Shown: one piece after another, positions 26,880 to 38,828 of the stretch
Numbering within the stretch: the stretch's first letter is position 1
How the letters are laid out: each line of letters starts with the position of its first letter
DNA from: Amoeboaphelidium protococcarum X5
Taxonomy: Eukaryota > Fungi > Aphelidiomycota
DNA length: 64,000 nucleotides
Assembly (NCBI GenBank): GCA_023515725.1
Contig: JALDTO010000074.1
Location: 1,338 to 65,337, forward strand
Reading direction: 5' to 3'
Notes under the pieces: model-generated
Seen by the model: the letters and a program-made list of their open reading frames with translations, nothing else
Told to the model about the DNA's origin: nothing
The model's database searches: none
Position numbers and translations under genes: made by a program

Positions 26880-27361
26880 TGATTACTCGATGATTTTGAA
26901 AGATGTAATAGTGATGTAAAAAATTTATAAAGATCATAATTAACAGAATATTTATTTACTGCGGCTTTTACTTTCAAGTGCGACTCGCTTAAAGCGCAAT
27001 TTGAATTACTATACGCAAGCACCCTGCGATCCGAGACTAACGCGTCAAACTCGGAGATTTATAAGATGGTAATGCTCATAGGCTCACGGCGGACGAACAT
27101 TTTGAACTGCCAGAGCCACCATCTTACTTAGTGTAAATTTTTAATCATTTGAGCGCAATATAGCCAAGATTGTGATACGGTATCGATATATTACACAGCC
27201 AATCACACACGATTTAATATCGAATCTGGTCAATCGCCAAGTCCCGGATTGTTACACCAATTTGTTACAATACGACTATGGCTTTTGTGCTACCTTTCTT
27301 CTTTGTAAGTTATTTTAAAAAGTAAGTACTGTCTAATTCTACGTTATTTATATCATTTGCG

Positions 27362-29473
27362 ATGTTCAAAGTCAGTTCAATATCATTAACTGTATAAGCC
27401 TGTCTGCTTGCTGGAGGCAATGCCTTGTCAATGATGCCACCCAAGACTGAATAGGGTATTGCTACTCACTCCAATCCTAACGGGCGACCTGGAAGCTGTG
27501 GCCAGATGCTGGACAATAATCAAATGCTCGTTTCCCTCTCTACTGCTTACAACGCGACCATGGGCTGTAACTAGTGCATTCGTATTTAAGGACCAAAGGG
27601 TGACGTGATTGCAAAAGTGCTGGATCAGTGCTCTGGCTGCAAGCAGACCGATGTCCTGCTGACTGACTCGGCTTTTGGTAAAATTGCTGACATGAATGTT
27701 GTGTCGGCGAATATCTCGTGGATGGCTGCACCCTGCAATGGAATGGGTGGTGGAGGTGGCAGCACCGTTCCTCCTTCTCCTCAGCAGACACCTACTCCCA
27801 AATCTCCTTATTAGCCACCGGGCTAAGGCGATGACAAAGACAAGGACAAAGACTGCCATACCAGTAATGGCCGCAGACACTGTCATAAAAAGGATGACAA
27901 GGACAACAATGGTAAGAAAACATGTGACAAGAAGTGTGGTGGCCGCAAGTCTGATAGTGACAAGACGCGTTGTCGTCAAAGCTGTTCTGGCAATGATGAC
28001 AAGAAGCCAGGTAATAAAGCTTCTTAAATGCCTTCTGTACCTGTACCTACTCCTATGCCTTAACCTATGCCTGTCCCCGCGTCCACATCCAAAGTTGCAC
28101 TTCCATCCCTTCCTGTACTGGCGCCAACATCCACATCTACAATCATGTCCACACCTACGCCTGCACTGGGTTAGAATGGTGAGGATGATGATGATGACGA
28201 CGACGAGGTGAAAAGTGATACTGATGAGAAGGATGAAAAGTGTAAAGGCAAGTGTGATGATAAGCCAAAGGGTGATAATGCCAAGAAGAGCTGTAAGGAC
28301 AAGTGTGGTAATGCAAAGGATGAGAATCAGAAGCGTTGTCTTAATAAATGTCGTGAAATGAATCCTGGCAAGTCTAGAAATGTAACCGCTCCTGGAGGTA
28401 AGAACTGCACTTCATGCAAAAGAACTAAGAGCACTCGTAAGCCGGAAAACAATTTCAACATGAATGACCTGATAAATAGTTTGAAGGATCTGGCATCTAA
28501 GCCTGCTAATAACGCTACTGTCAATGGCTCTACTCCTGAGAATAAAGCGACTATCGATGGTTCCGCTCCTGGTAATAACGCAACAAGTGATGGTTCTGCA
28601 CCTGGTGGAGGTGATTACACTTGCAGCGCGTCGAAGAAATGTCCTGAGAGTAACCACTGTTGCTCAAAGTATGGTTTCTGCGGTACTTCATTGGACCACT
28701 GTGGTTTTGGCTGTACTGGAGGCGCGTGCCTTTCTGGCTTTGACAATGCAACTTAGCCTAATGCTCCAACTTATGGTAGTACCGGAAGTGGAAGCACCCC
28801 TGGTGGCAGCTCAGGCCCTTCTGATAGTGGCAATAGCAGCGGTGGTCCAAGCTACGGATCTAGCCTACCTGTTAATAACAGTAATAGTGGTCCAAGCTAC
28901 GGATCCAGTTTACCTGGCAATAATAACAACAGCGGTGGCTATGGATCTAGTCTACCTGCCAATAGTGGTAACAATGGCTCAGGCTATGGATCCTCCCTTC
29001 CTGCGAATGGCACTACTGGAGCAACAGCTGCTAATTGTCCGACGGGCGGTAAGCCAGCCGGATCTGTCAACGGATCTAACGCTGGTAATGGTTCATCTTA
29101 TGGCGGTTCTATGCCAACCAATGGAACTTCTGGTTGTCCTATTATTGGCGGTTTTAATACTTCTGCCGGATGTCTTCCTCAACAGCTACCTAGTGGAAAC
29201 TCTTCTACTCTGCTGTCTAGGACCAATTTAACCGCGTCGACCACCTTGCTATCTAATTCTAGCACGACTGCAATTGTTCAGTCAACCACGACTACTGTAG
29301 TAAATTAGACTCCATATGTTCCTTTTTCGGACGTGTTACCACCAATTGGTGAAAGCGTTACAGAAAGCCGGTCAGAGACTGCATCCACGTCGGCTGCTTC
29401 TGATGCTCCATCTACAATACTCTCTGCTGTATTAGGAATGATCGTGATCATTGCATAGTTTGTCATGGTCTGA
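27362..29473 (+). CDS. GPI-anchored paralog: divergent DPBB + Cys helical-hairpin repeats + CBM18 + Gly/Ser/Asn repeats, about 703 aa
   Basis: Signal peptide; GSCG...CNQCIRIQGPKG...KVLDQCSGCKQTDVLLTDSAF; CCSKYGFCGTSLDHCGFGC; hydrophobic C-terminus ILSAVLGMIVIIAQFVMV; one frame with TAR=Gln. Confidence 0.88.
28844..29008 (+). repeat. Coding tandem repeat, four copies of YGSSLP with Asn/Ser/Gly spacers
   Basis: GPSYGSSLPVNNSNS / GPSYGSSLPGNNNNS / GGYGSSLPANSGNN / GSGYGSSLPAN read directly from the frame. Confidence 0.8.
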
Positions 29474-29828
29474 TTTGCGAATAAAGTTCGTGTTTATAAA
29501 TGTAATATATTAATAAAGGAATCTAATGCACTTGTTAGTATTTAAGTTGATTACCTTAGTTTCAATACCTATTTTTGTACCTTATTGCGTTCTGATTTAT
29601 ATGACACTTAACAGAACTGTGTAAAGTTGTTGTCAATCAGCAGCCCCAACGCGCGCGCTCTCTGTCAATCAGTCATTCGCTTTCAATCTCCCCCATTCAG
29701 AAGATTGTCGATCCTTCTTCTCCGCTCAGCTCAAACAGGACAAAAGTTCCTTTTCTGTTTCTCTTTCGCGCGCTCATTCTATTGTCGATCTACCAGTGGA
29801 TAATATTCTGTCTAATATTTCTCTATTG

Positions 29829-32408
29829 ATGTACTCTGAAATTAGTTCGACATCAGGCACTACCTGTGATAATGATAGTGATGGGAATGATATGGTATTG
29901 CCAGAACTTGATATTGGATTGGAGGATCTAAGTATTGATACGTAATACCACCACTAGCATCAGTAATAGTATAAGTCACCTTGTTTCAGTCCTGTATCGA
30001 CGGACGCAGCTGATCATCTTTATTAGAGTGAATCTCTGCACAGATGGATTATTGGAATAGCTGTGTTGAACTTTGACTTGGAGATTGGTTAGGTTATTGA
30101 ATAGCTCTATCCTTCTGGTACTCAGCTGGACAAGGTTGCTACTTCTAATATCTAGTATGCATCATTCCCGGACACTTCATCTGCTCTAGGTGACTCTGTA
30201 TTTAGCTTTAGAGTGAGATAGGAGGATGGTACTTTTATTCATGGTTATGTAATGTTCAGACGCGAACGTAACTCTTAGATCAGGAGGGGATACATGTAAA
30301 AATCCATCACAGTTCTGTCTCATCTTCCATATCCTGGCTTATTCTTAAGAGTGGTATCTATACTTGGGCCATTGTATTTTGATCAATTATCGCCTTAAAA
30401 TGATTATTAGGTATAAGGAAATCTTAATTTAAGTAGTAATAATCACAATATAATAGAGTAAGCCTGCTTATAGATTGCCTTGTGGCCTCAGCCTCGATTT
30501 AATGACATTCTAGAGTTGCCATTCTTTAATGTTCGAATGCAAGTAGAATTGACACCTGTTGACTCTTCTACCCAGCTATTGGAAACTAGTTCCTTTGTTA
30601 AAATGTAAAAGATTTAAAGTCCTCAGTATATGAAATCTAATCTTAATGGCAGTAATGGATTAAATGTCCCGTCAATTACAGAGTAAATCATCGGTGGAAT
30701 CCCATCGACATTAATATATCCATCCGGATTCTTATTCCATTCCGAAAGTGATAATCTCATTACTCATAGGGATGTGTAGTCAAGATATCCTTCTGGATCT
30801 TCCTTTGGCCTTTATACTCTATTTAAGAATAACATGTCAGATCTGTACACATTATGGGAGCTTGTACTCCTTGAGTAGCCAATTTGTGTGATGAGTGAAT
30901 GTGGCCAGTCTATAGTTAGTGAGACGGTATGGTATCTGCAATCTCTAATCAGCCCAATAGTGTATAAGGGCGAATATCATCCGTATCTCACCATTCAAGA
31001 CTCTGATTTTGCATCTTTGAATAGAATGTTCTCTAAAGACAATATGTAAATGAAATCTAAAGCATCCGCTGATTCTTAGGTGTAACCTAGTGATGTAGCA
31101 TAAAGTGGAGTAATTCTGGGAGTAACTAATCCATTCTTTCGTAAAGCTTTCAGCACATGGCCCCATATTCTTCATCTGGTGTACAATAAATAATAAGACA
31201 TAGATAGTTCATTACGTGTAAATGAGCCTGGAGTAGTAAAGTCCAAATCATATGGTAACATAAAGTCGGCTCAGCAGTAATAATAAAAGTTTTCTTCAGA
31301 TTCACTGAGTAAGCTGGTGAGAAGTGCCAGTCCCACCGCTTTGTTTAGACCTGGAAGTCCTGCGGGCATAAGAACTTCATAATCTTAAAGTAAAGCTAGA
31401 AAGCCTCAGGTATCTGAACTCAAATCGTTATATAAGCCCGCTCTGAGGCCAGATAAAAAGTTTGTCTTTGCAATGTAGAATTTGAAGATTGACAACATGC
31501 AGGCATAAGCTTAAGTGTCTTCATCTGGTCATTAAAACGGACACAGTCATAAAACTGATAGTAGCAGTAATAGTAATAGGAAGAAGTATAAAGGATACGT
31601 TCTAAATGAGACTGTACGAAGACATTTTGTAGATCTCACTGAGCGATTTCTGGGCCCATTGAATAGGTACATTCTTACATAGTTGACACCGAAAATCCGC
31701 TAGTTTAACATTGATGGGGAGTTGATTGATGGTTCGCATTAATAGTAGTTATAAGTAAATGGGAAAGTATTGGTATATTCTGTGCTAATCAAAGAGAAGG
31801 ATTTCAAGTTGTAGAATTTTGATAATGATGCTTTTATTACGCACTTGGTCACTAATGAGCCACCGCAGCTGTAGTTTGCAAAGACTTCCTTCCTTTAATC
31901 TGGCAGTTTGAAATCTCTAACAAAATTATCTCAATAGCAACCGCCATAGTCATCTAGTTAATCATCATCACCCTTGTCTAAACCATTTGAATTCCGTCAT
32001 CCTCCGTGGGTTTGTCTTTATATTAAATTCATTCAGACAAAGAACTTTGAATGCTGGCTGAATTAAAAGAGACTCACGATAGAGTAGGAGTTACTGACAA
32101 GGAATGCAGAGAAGCTGATTAGTATTCTTGACCAAGACGTATCTGGTAAACATCCAAGCACTGTATTTAGTCTTCTCGTTGCCGCTAAGAGCTTACTTGC
32201 AATGATGAAATATGATCTTACGCCAGATCTACTTCGGCATGGAGAATTCCTGGAAGAGTAGCCTCTACAACACAGTGATGACTCTTTGCATCAAGGTCAT
32301 CGCAGTGATTACTTGATTGTGGAGTTGAAAAAGAGGGCCCTGTATATTTGGAACAATCTGTTGAATGATGATGCATACCGTGACCTTATTATCACCGGTC
32401 AATTGTGA
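29829..32408 (+). CDS. DENND6: DENN-domain Rab GEF DENND6 (FAM116)-like
   Basis: Motifs WIIGIAVLNFDLEIGQVIEQLYP, ASFPD, RRGYMQKS, LWELVLLEQPI, ILGVTNPFFRKAFSTWPHILHL and LYIKFIQTKNFECWL. Confidence 0.9.
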
Positions 32409-32533
32409 ATGATGAACGTTTAAAATCATTGTACATAATAACATTCGCATAAAAGTCAATAGTTTCATTTCCATTACAAGTAATCATATAGTATCCTCGT
32501 AAGAGAGATAGTTATATACTGCAGATCAATCCA

Positions 32534-35503
32534 TCAACCAATACAGTCGCAAATCATTTGAGAGACATCTTCACGCTGACTGCGAACAGCCACTTCAACA
32601 GTGACACCACCGGCAACACAAGCCATTCTCATACGACAAAGAGCCTTCACTCCGCCAATAACCAAACCGCTTAGCATCAGCGCATGACTAGTGATGGTTT
32701 GCAATGGCTTGTTAGGTAACTGATAAGAATTCTCTGCGGCAGACCAAACATTACCAACATTACCAAGAACTGATTCCAGTTTTTCAATGGCATCCTTGAT
32801 ATTAGTGACTTCAGCAGGCAGTTGCAAAGTTTCCACAATCTCATTAGCCAGCTTGTCCCAGGATGAGGTGAAATTAGGCTCATAAGATGGCACAATGTAG
32901 TCTTCAATTCCAATCTCAAAAGCATCCACCTAGTACGTGTCATCATAACCTTGTGGATCAGGGATTCCAGTCTCAGGATCAACATCCTTAGTGATAAAGG
33001 ACAACGTGACGCCAAAAGATCCCGTGGCAAACGTGTTCTAACCTCCATTCTTCTTGTACACGACAAAGACACTACCAGGCTCACCGTACTTCAACTGCGG
33101 CAAATTGATCACGCCATACAAAGTCAGCATCTACAAAACATCCTCATCTTCCGGCTCAATCTAGGCACTCACATTCTCCAACATAACATCCTCCAGAGTA
33201 TTGGTGCACAGTAACTGAACAACAAAAAAGTCTCTAAAATTATGCTTCACCACCTTGACCACATACTCGGCCACATCCACGTCCGTGATGGCAATCTACG
33301 GACTACTTCTAAACAGCGGACCGAATTGCGCAAACTCTTTCATTCCCTCAACCGCGGAGTCCTTCAACGACTTGGACTGACCAGACAAGTCACCACCCAA
33401 ACCACCTCCGTTCACCGGAGCCTCTGCACCAGCCATAAATCCCTGCCCACCAGATAACATTGATGGAATGCCCAACTCCAACTGGCTACCTCTAATTGTC
33501 TTTAGACGCTCATTCTCTTCTGCAGCGCGCGTCGTTAATGGAACATCTTTGATATCAAATGGCTTGGTGTGCAACTCCACGCTATTAACATAAGCAGTTA
33601 ATTGACTCTCCAGCACATCCATGGCAAATGTGCTGTCATCCAACAGAAATTCCGCAGTCAGATCAATTCCTTCATCACTGACAGTGTCAACATCACGGTC
33701 AGACAACATATCGATATAGAAGACGGCTCTATCACGCACTTCATCATCCGGATCTTCAAGGCATCTCTCCAACAGAACCATAATCTGAGGCTTCAACTCA
33801 GGCAATTGGGCGGCAAACTTTGCCAGAGATGCTACAGCAGCAGCTCTAACAGGGGCAACTTCCAAAATAGTGCGATTATAAATGTGTCTAATATACTTGG
33901 ATGGATTCAACATCTTTGGGCCTTCCTCACCCAGCAAGTGGAGTATACGTACAGCCAGACGCGTAAACTCGCAATCTTCAATAAACTCACATAGGTGTGC
34001 CAGAGCAGAGTCCTTCACATCAGGCACAGTTCTGATAAAGTCAAACAATCCCTCAACAACAACACGCTTAAACTCATAGCCACCTTCATCACGCAGAGCA
34101 TTACTCAAGAAACGCAGCATCACCTGATTCTTTGATGGAAACTTGAATGCCAGAGCACGAATAGCTTCCACAACCAACACTTTGAACTCATCAGAAATCT
34201 CAGCAATGAACGACTGAAGCAACTTCAATAATCTATCCACAGAACTTTCATTGCCAGTCTTGAGCAGAGTAGTGATGGCCAGAGTAGCAATACTTCTATT
34301 AGGATCGGTGATCAGATTCTCCAGATCAACATTGCAACTGGCCACAGCTGATGGAAATCTGGCGGCAATCTTATTCAACGTTCTTATGGCCGAGAATCTC
34401 AATGGAGCTTTGGCACTGTTCAGAGACAGTTGCAGTACATTCACCACAGGAAATAGCTCCTTAACACTTACACCTTTCATGGAGAATATCACACGAGCAG
34501 CTTCCAGATTAACAACTTCGTGGCGATGTCTCAGGCATCCTTCAAGCACATCATACAATTACTTCACATTAGATCCGGGTAACTAATTCTCAAGACCACC
34601 CTCATCTTCAATCACACGTCCGATATAACGGATCAACATCACCCACGCCTGAGGACTGCGCACCTATCCACTTCTGATCAACTGCTGAACAATCTTTAAA
34701 ATGGCAATCTTGTCGTTGGAACGCAACTAATACAACAAGCCCAATCCATGATATTGCACAAGTCCACTTGGTTTATTCAAAGCATCCTGAACTTCATTCG
34801 TCCATCTCTTCACCAGGTCCCTGCCGGCATTCATACTGGATCTCTACTACTGTTACTACTACTACTATTAATCCTATTGCTAATTAGGGGCAACATAAGA
34901 TGACTACAGCACAGAAGGACTCAGCAAGTGAATAGAACTCACAATCGCTCCACTAACCAAAGTCAAATCTCTATCCACCACGGCCTGCTTCAGAAATCTC
35001 TCCAGTCCACCTGCGGTAGAGCCAATATCTCCTGAACACACAACTCTTACCAGAGCACGCAGAGCACAACTTTTCAGACCAAGTTCGGATGCATTCTTAT
35101 CAGACAAGTCCTTGTTTAAAGAACTCGTCACCATCAATATAGTGTCTGGAGATGAGATCAAGGCCAGTTCCTTCACAATCAGGTAAGTCAATCTTCTCAG
35201 AAGTACATCCTTACTCTGGAACAAGCGTGTAGTCTAGAAGAAGAGCTGAGTCGACTCGTTCTCATTCAGATGCTCACCCTAGTACAGCAGGTACAGCACC
35301 TTGGACAGGGTAGCTGCACATCTCCCAGCTTTAATTGGAGTTTCATAGAATATTCTAGCCTCCTGCAGCACGGCAGCCTTGTCAATTTTACTAAAAGTTT
35401 ACGAAATGTCTACACACAATCAACTTAGAACTAGTAATTAGTAGTAAATGGAAATGAAATACGGTATACTATTATTACCCTGTTCGTCGTGCTTCTTGTC
35501 CAT
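32534..35503 (-). CDS. SEC21: Coatomer subunit gamma; intron 35410..35478
   Basis: Motifs [64 protein letters not shown] and C-terminal VEVAVRS. Confidence 0.97.
34844..34870 (-). repeat. Poly-Gln tract inside gamma-COP (TAA TAG TAG TAG TAG TAA CAG TAG TAG)
   Basis: Nine consecutive in-frame TAR/CAG codons within the conserved gamma-COP trunk. Confidence 0.85.
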
Positions 35504-35981
35504 GTACTTGAAATTTAACTACTTGTCAATTTTACTGCACTGTATGAGCTTCAACCCGAATGATAGCGGAGCAGTTTAGTTCAGTCAGCGGAGAGGAGAA
35601 AGAAGAGAAGCGAAGAGAAACAGACGCGAGTCCGATCGAAGATGAGAAAGGCAGACAGACAGACAGTGACAATTAGTGAGTAAAGAGTAAAGGAGTGCTT
35701 CAAATCGCTAGTGCTTAAAAAATCTTGCAATCTCCTAAATAGCGGGTACGACTAAGAGATTTAATTGTATTGCGGTTTGCACGTATTTTGTGAGACACCA
35801 TGTTGATAAACGATCTATCGAATAAGTCTTATGTTTACGAGACGGAGAGAGAGACCTCTATAATAATAAAGATTAGGGTACTAATACTCCAACAATTCAA
35901 TTCAATACTATATTTATCATTATTATCACCAATAACACACCAACAGCCGCGGGTATATATACTCATGATCACAAGAGATCA

Positions 35982-38129
35982 TCAGAAAGCCAGCGAGAGT
36001 AAATCGTCAATATTACTACTGGTATTCTACTTAATTAGCTAGCTACTGTTGCCACCACCCTGAAAACTACCACCTTATTACTAAGATTGGGAGGATGAAT
36101 TAACAGGTGAAGAGGATGTGGACGCGGTAGATACAGCAGCGGTTGGCTTAATTGAAACCTGAGGCAGAGGTACAACAACGTGTTCCAATAGTAAAGCCTT
36201 TGCCTAATCTGGAATCTACACTCCGTTTCTGCCCAGAATACTCAAATACTCGCAACTTCTACTCTACACTTCCAGGGCAACCTTATTCACATAACGTCCC
36301 ATCAGTGATTTTACACGCTCAACTGAAGCGGCAGAATTACCACAGCGATTAGTAAACTTGAGCAGAGCAGTCAACGAGTACTCGATAATCACATTGTTGC
36401 AATACGGACTCTCCAGCACAGACTGCAAGAAATTCAGTACATCATTCTCTGACACATTCTAAGCTTGTACTTGCCCGGAGTAGTTGACTTGAGCACTCTG
36501 AGGTGGAGAAGTGCTATAAGCATCCTCACCTTCATTAGAATCCAGTGCAAACTTGACCTTACCTCCATCCTTCAATAGAATCTCACCATACTCTCCGATG
36601 CACCATACAACGGCAATAACAAGTCCCTCCTAAGACAGGTCATTCTTACAGAGCCAGAACAACTTTTAGACGACATAAGAACGCAGCATTTCCCCTTCAC
36701 TCGGATCAGATGCATTGGCATTCAACGGAGCATTAGGATTTGTCAAATTTCCAACAACTTTAATAAAATTGGACAATACATCGCTACCACCCAAATAATT
36801 ACCAGCCAATTTGAGAACACGCAGCACCGTATCCAAAAACCATCGTCTATTCGGAGCATACTACTCAGCCACCGCGCAGATTCGAGCAGGCATCCATTGC
36901 TTGAACTCTGCGTCAGTCGTAGGCAGTTCCAAGAATAACAACAACTCACGCACCAATAAACGCACATTAGACTGAGTGACCAACTTGAACGAGAGATTCA
37001 GAGCACGTCTACGAATAGAAATGTCATTATCATGCAGACACTCCAGCACAGTTGTGCGATGACGCTGAATGGCATTAGTCGTTTCCTGCACCGACTAAGC
37101 ATTACTATACTCTGTAGCCTCATTCAGTGTGTTCAAGGCAACATATCGCACATTATTATCAGTGTTACCCAAGAATTTGCCAAACATATTGATAGCAAGC
37201 GTTCTCAGACTAGTGTCGCAATCAATATTCATGATGGTTAGACAGCACTCATATAGAATACTATTGCCGACATTTTTATTACCATCAGTGTTGGTGGCAA
37301 TCTGAGCCAAGACATCGTTCATACTATCAGAAGCCGCCCTATCACCCTTGCCCAGAGTGCGCAACAATCTCAGGATCATCACCTACAGAAATGGATCATT
37401 GATACCGCCGACGTCATGCTCAGCTGCACCACCGGCAGAACTCATAAGAGATTTCAAGTGGCGACACAGTATTGGAATCTGGCCACGTACATCTCTGAGA
37501 ATGTTATCTGAACAGCCGGCCAATGTGATACATAAAGTCACTGAAGTCAACAGGACGGCATGGTTTTTCTCATTCAACAGATGCTTGGCTTTAACAACAA
37601 ACTGATCAGCCAAATCTGGCACCTTCTTCACCACTTTGACTGCACACAGAATAGCCTTCTTCTTGATATAAGAATTACTGCTGGACATTAGCCTCTCAAC
37701 CTCTGGTGCCAAATCACGAGACATTTCACTGCTAGCAATATTACCAAATGTGGCCAGAGCCAGACCAACAGTGAACATATTCGGACTGTTCATGTCATTC
37801 TTGAGAGAATTAGTCACCAAAGTCAGCACTTCCTAACTCTCATCCAGGAGCAACATTATGCCAAGATACCCCAACCGCTTATCAACATACTTGCCAGCTG
37901 CAACCAATTTCAAGCATTCAATCTAGCCATAATGAGTCGGATAGCCCAGCATGTGGATATACAGCATCTTGGCAATGTTATTATGCCGGACTTCTAATGG
38001 AGCAGTAGTATCCTCCTTCAGAGAAGTTCTAATAGCTGCAGACTCTTTGGCAATCACAGCTCTCTCATCAGCCTGAGTCTTACAGGAGCGAATCTATCTA
38101 ATAAAATCTTTCAATCTCAGAATTCCCAT
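35982..38129 (-). CDS. APL4: AP-1 complex subunit gamma, trunk and short hinge only, about 715 aa
   Basis: Motifs [76 protein letters not shown] and LEVQSRSCEY. Ends [13 protein letters not shown]. Confidence 0.95.
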
Positions 38130-38828
38130 TTTACTATATTAAATTGCAATTAATACAGATCCAGAGTAAAGTTAATACTATAACAGACAATTAGATAACC
38201 AACAAGAGCCTTTGCAGTGAACAAAGTTAAATAGAAACGTCCAAGTGTACGGGCAAAGTAAAGTAACACACTCACTCAATCAAGTGGAGAAAGAACGAGA
38301 AAAGAGTGCGGGACTCACAAAGCACGAGAAGAAACACTCTTCTCAGGCACATGGCCAGCGGGTAAACAAATAAGCTTTCTTTGAGCGAATGACGAGTGTT
38401 TGATGATGAAAGTTTATCGGTACTGAAACGGACTTTGAGGCAAAGCTTAAATCTTCGTTTTTAAGTTATCTACAGCTTGTCTAATGTAGAAACGATGTTC
38501 GTAGTATTTTAATCCATTGCCGACGAATCATAGTGTCATCCATTAAGCCAAGAAGTGAAGTGCCTCAATAACTATGAATTAAGATTTGTGACCAGATGTT
38601 ACGCGTATGGTGGTGTTTTACTTTTAAACGTACGAAAAGATCTTTTATGACACTATAAATTGATGAGAAGGAGATTACGTTTTGCTGCCTTGATCTTTCG
38701 TCTGGCTTTTCTGTGAGTGGAATGTTTCGCCGTTTTCTGAGATTTCTTTCTTGGTCCGGAACTGAAGGCAAGTACCGCGGTTATTTTCCCCTTTACACTA
38801 CACGTTGATTGATATTTAAGTCCTAGTA

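Noticed and set aside
27428-29231. Long alternative-frame and antisense ORFs (27428..27979, 27696..28211, 28524..29231)
   Set aside because: They are shadows of the low-complexity DPBB-CBM18 gene. The frame starting at 27362 carries all the recognisable domains.
35585-35670. GA-rich tract and short GACA repeats upstream of gamma-COP (similar tracts near 38290 and 29750)
   Set aside because: These look like ordinary pyrimidine-rich promoter or 5' UTR tracts on the coding strand, with no sign of a distinct element.
36121-36270. Suspected frameshift near the end of AP-1 gamma
   Set aside because: Careful retranslation shows a continuous frame through TAG codons to TGA 35982.
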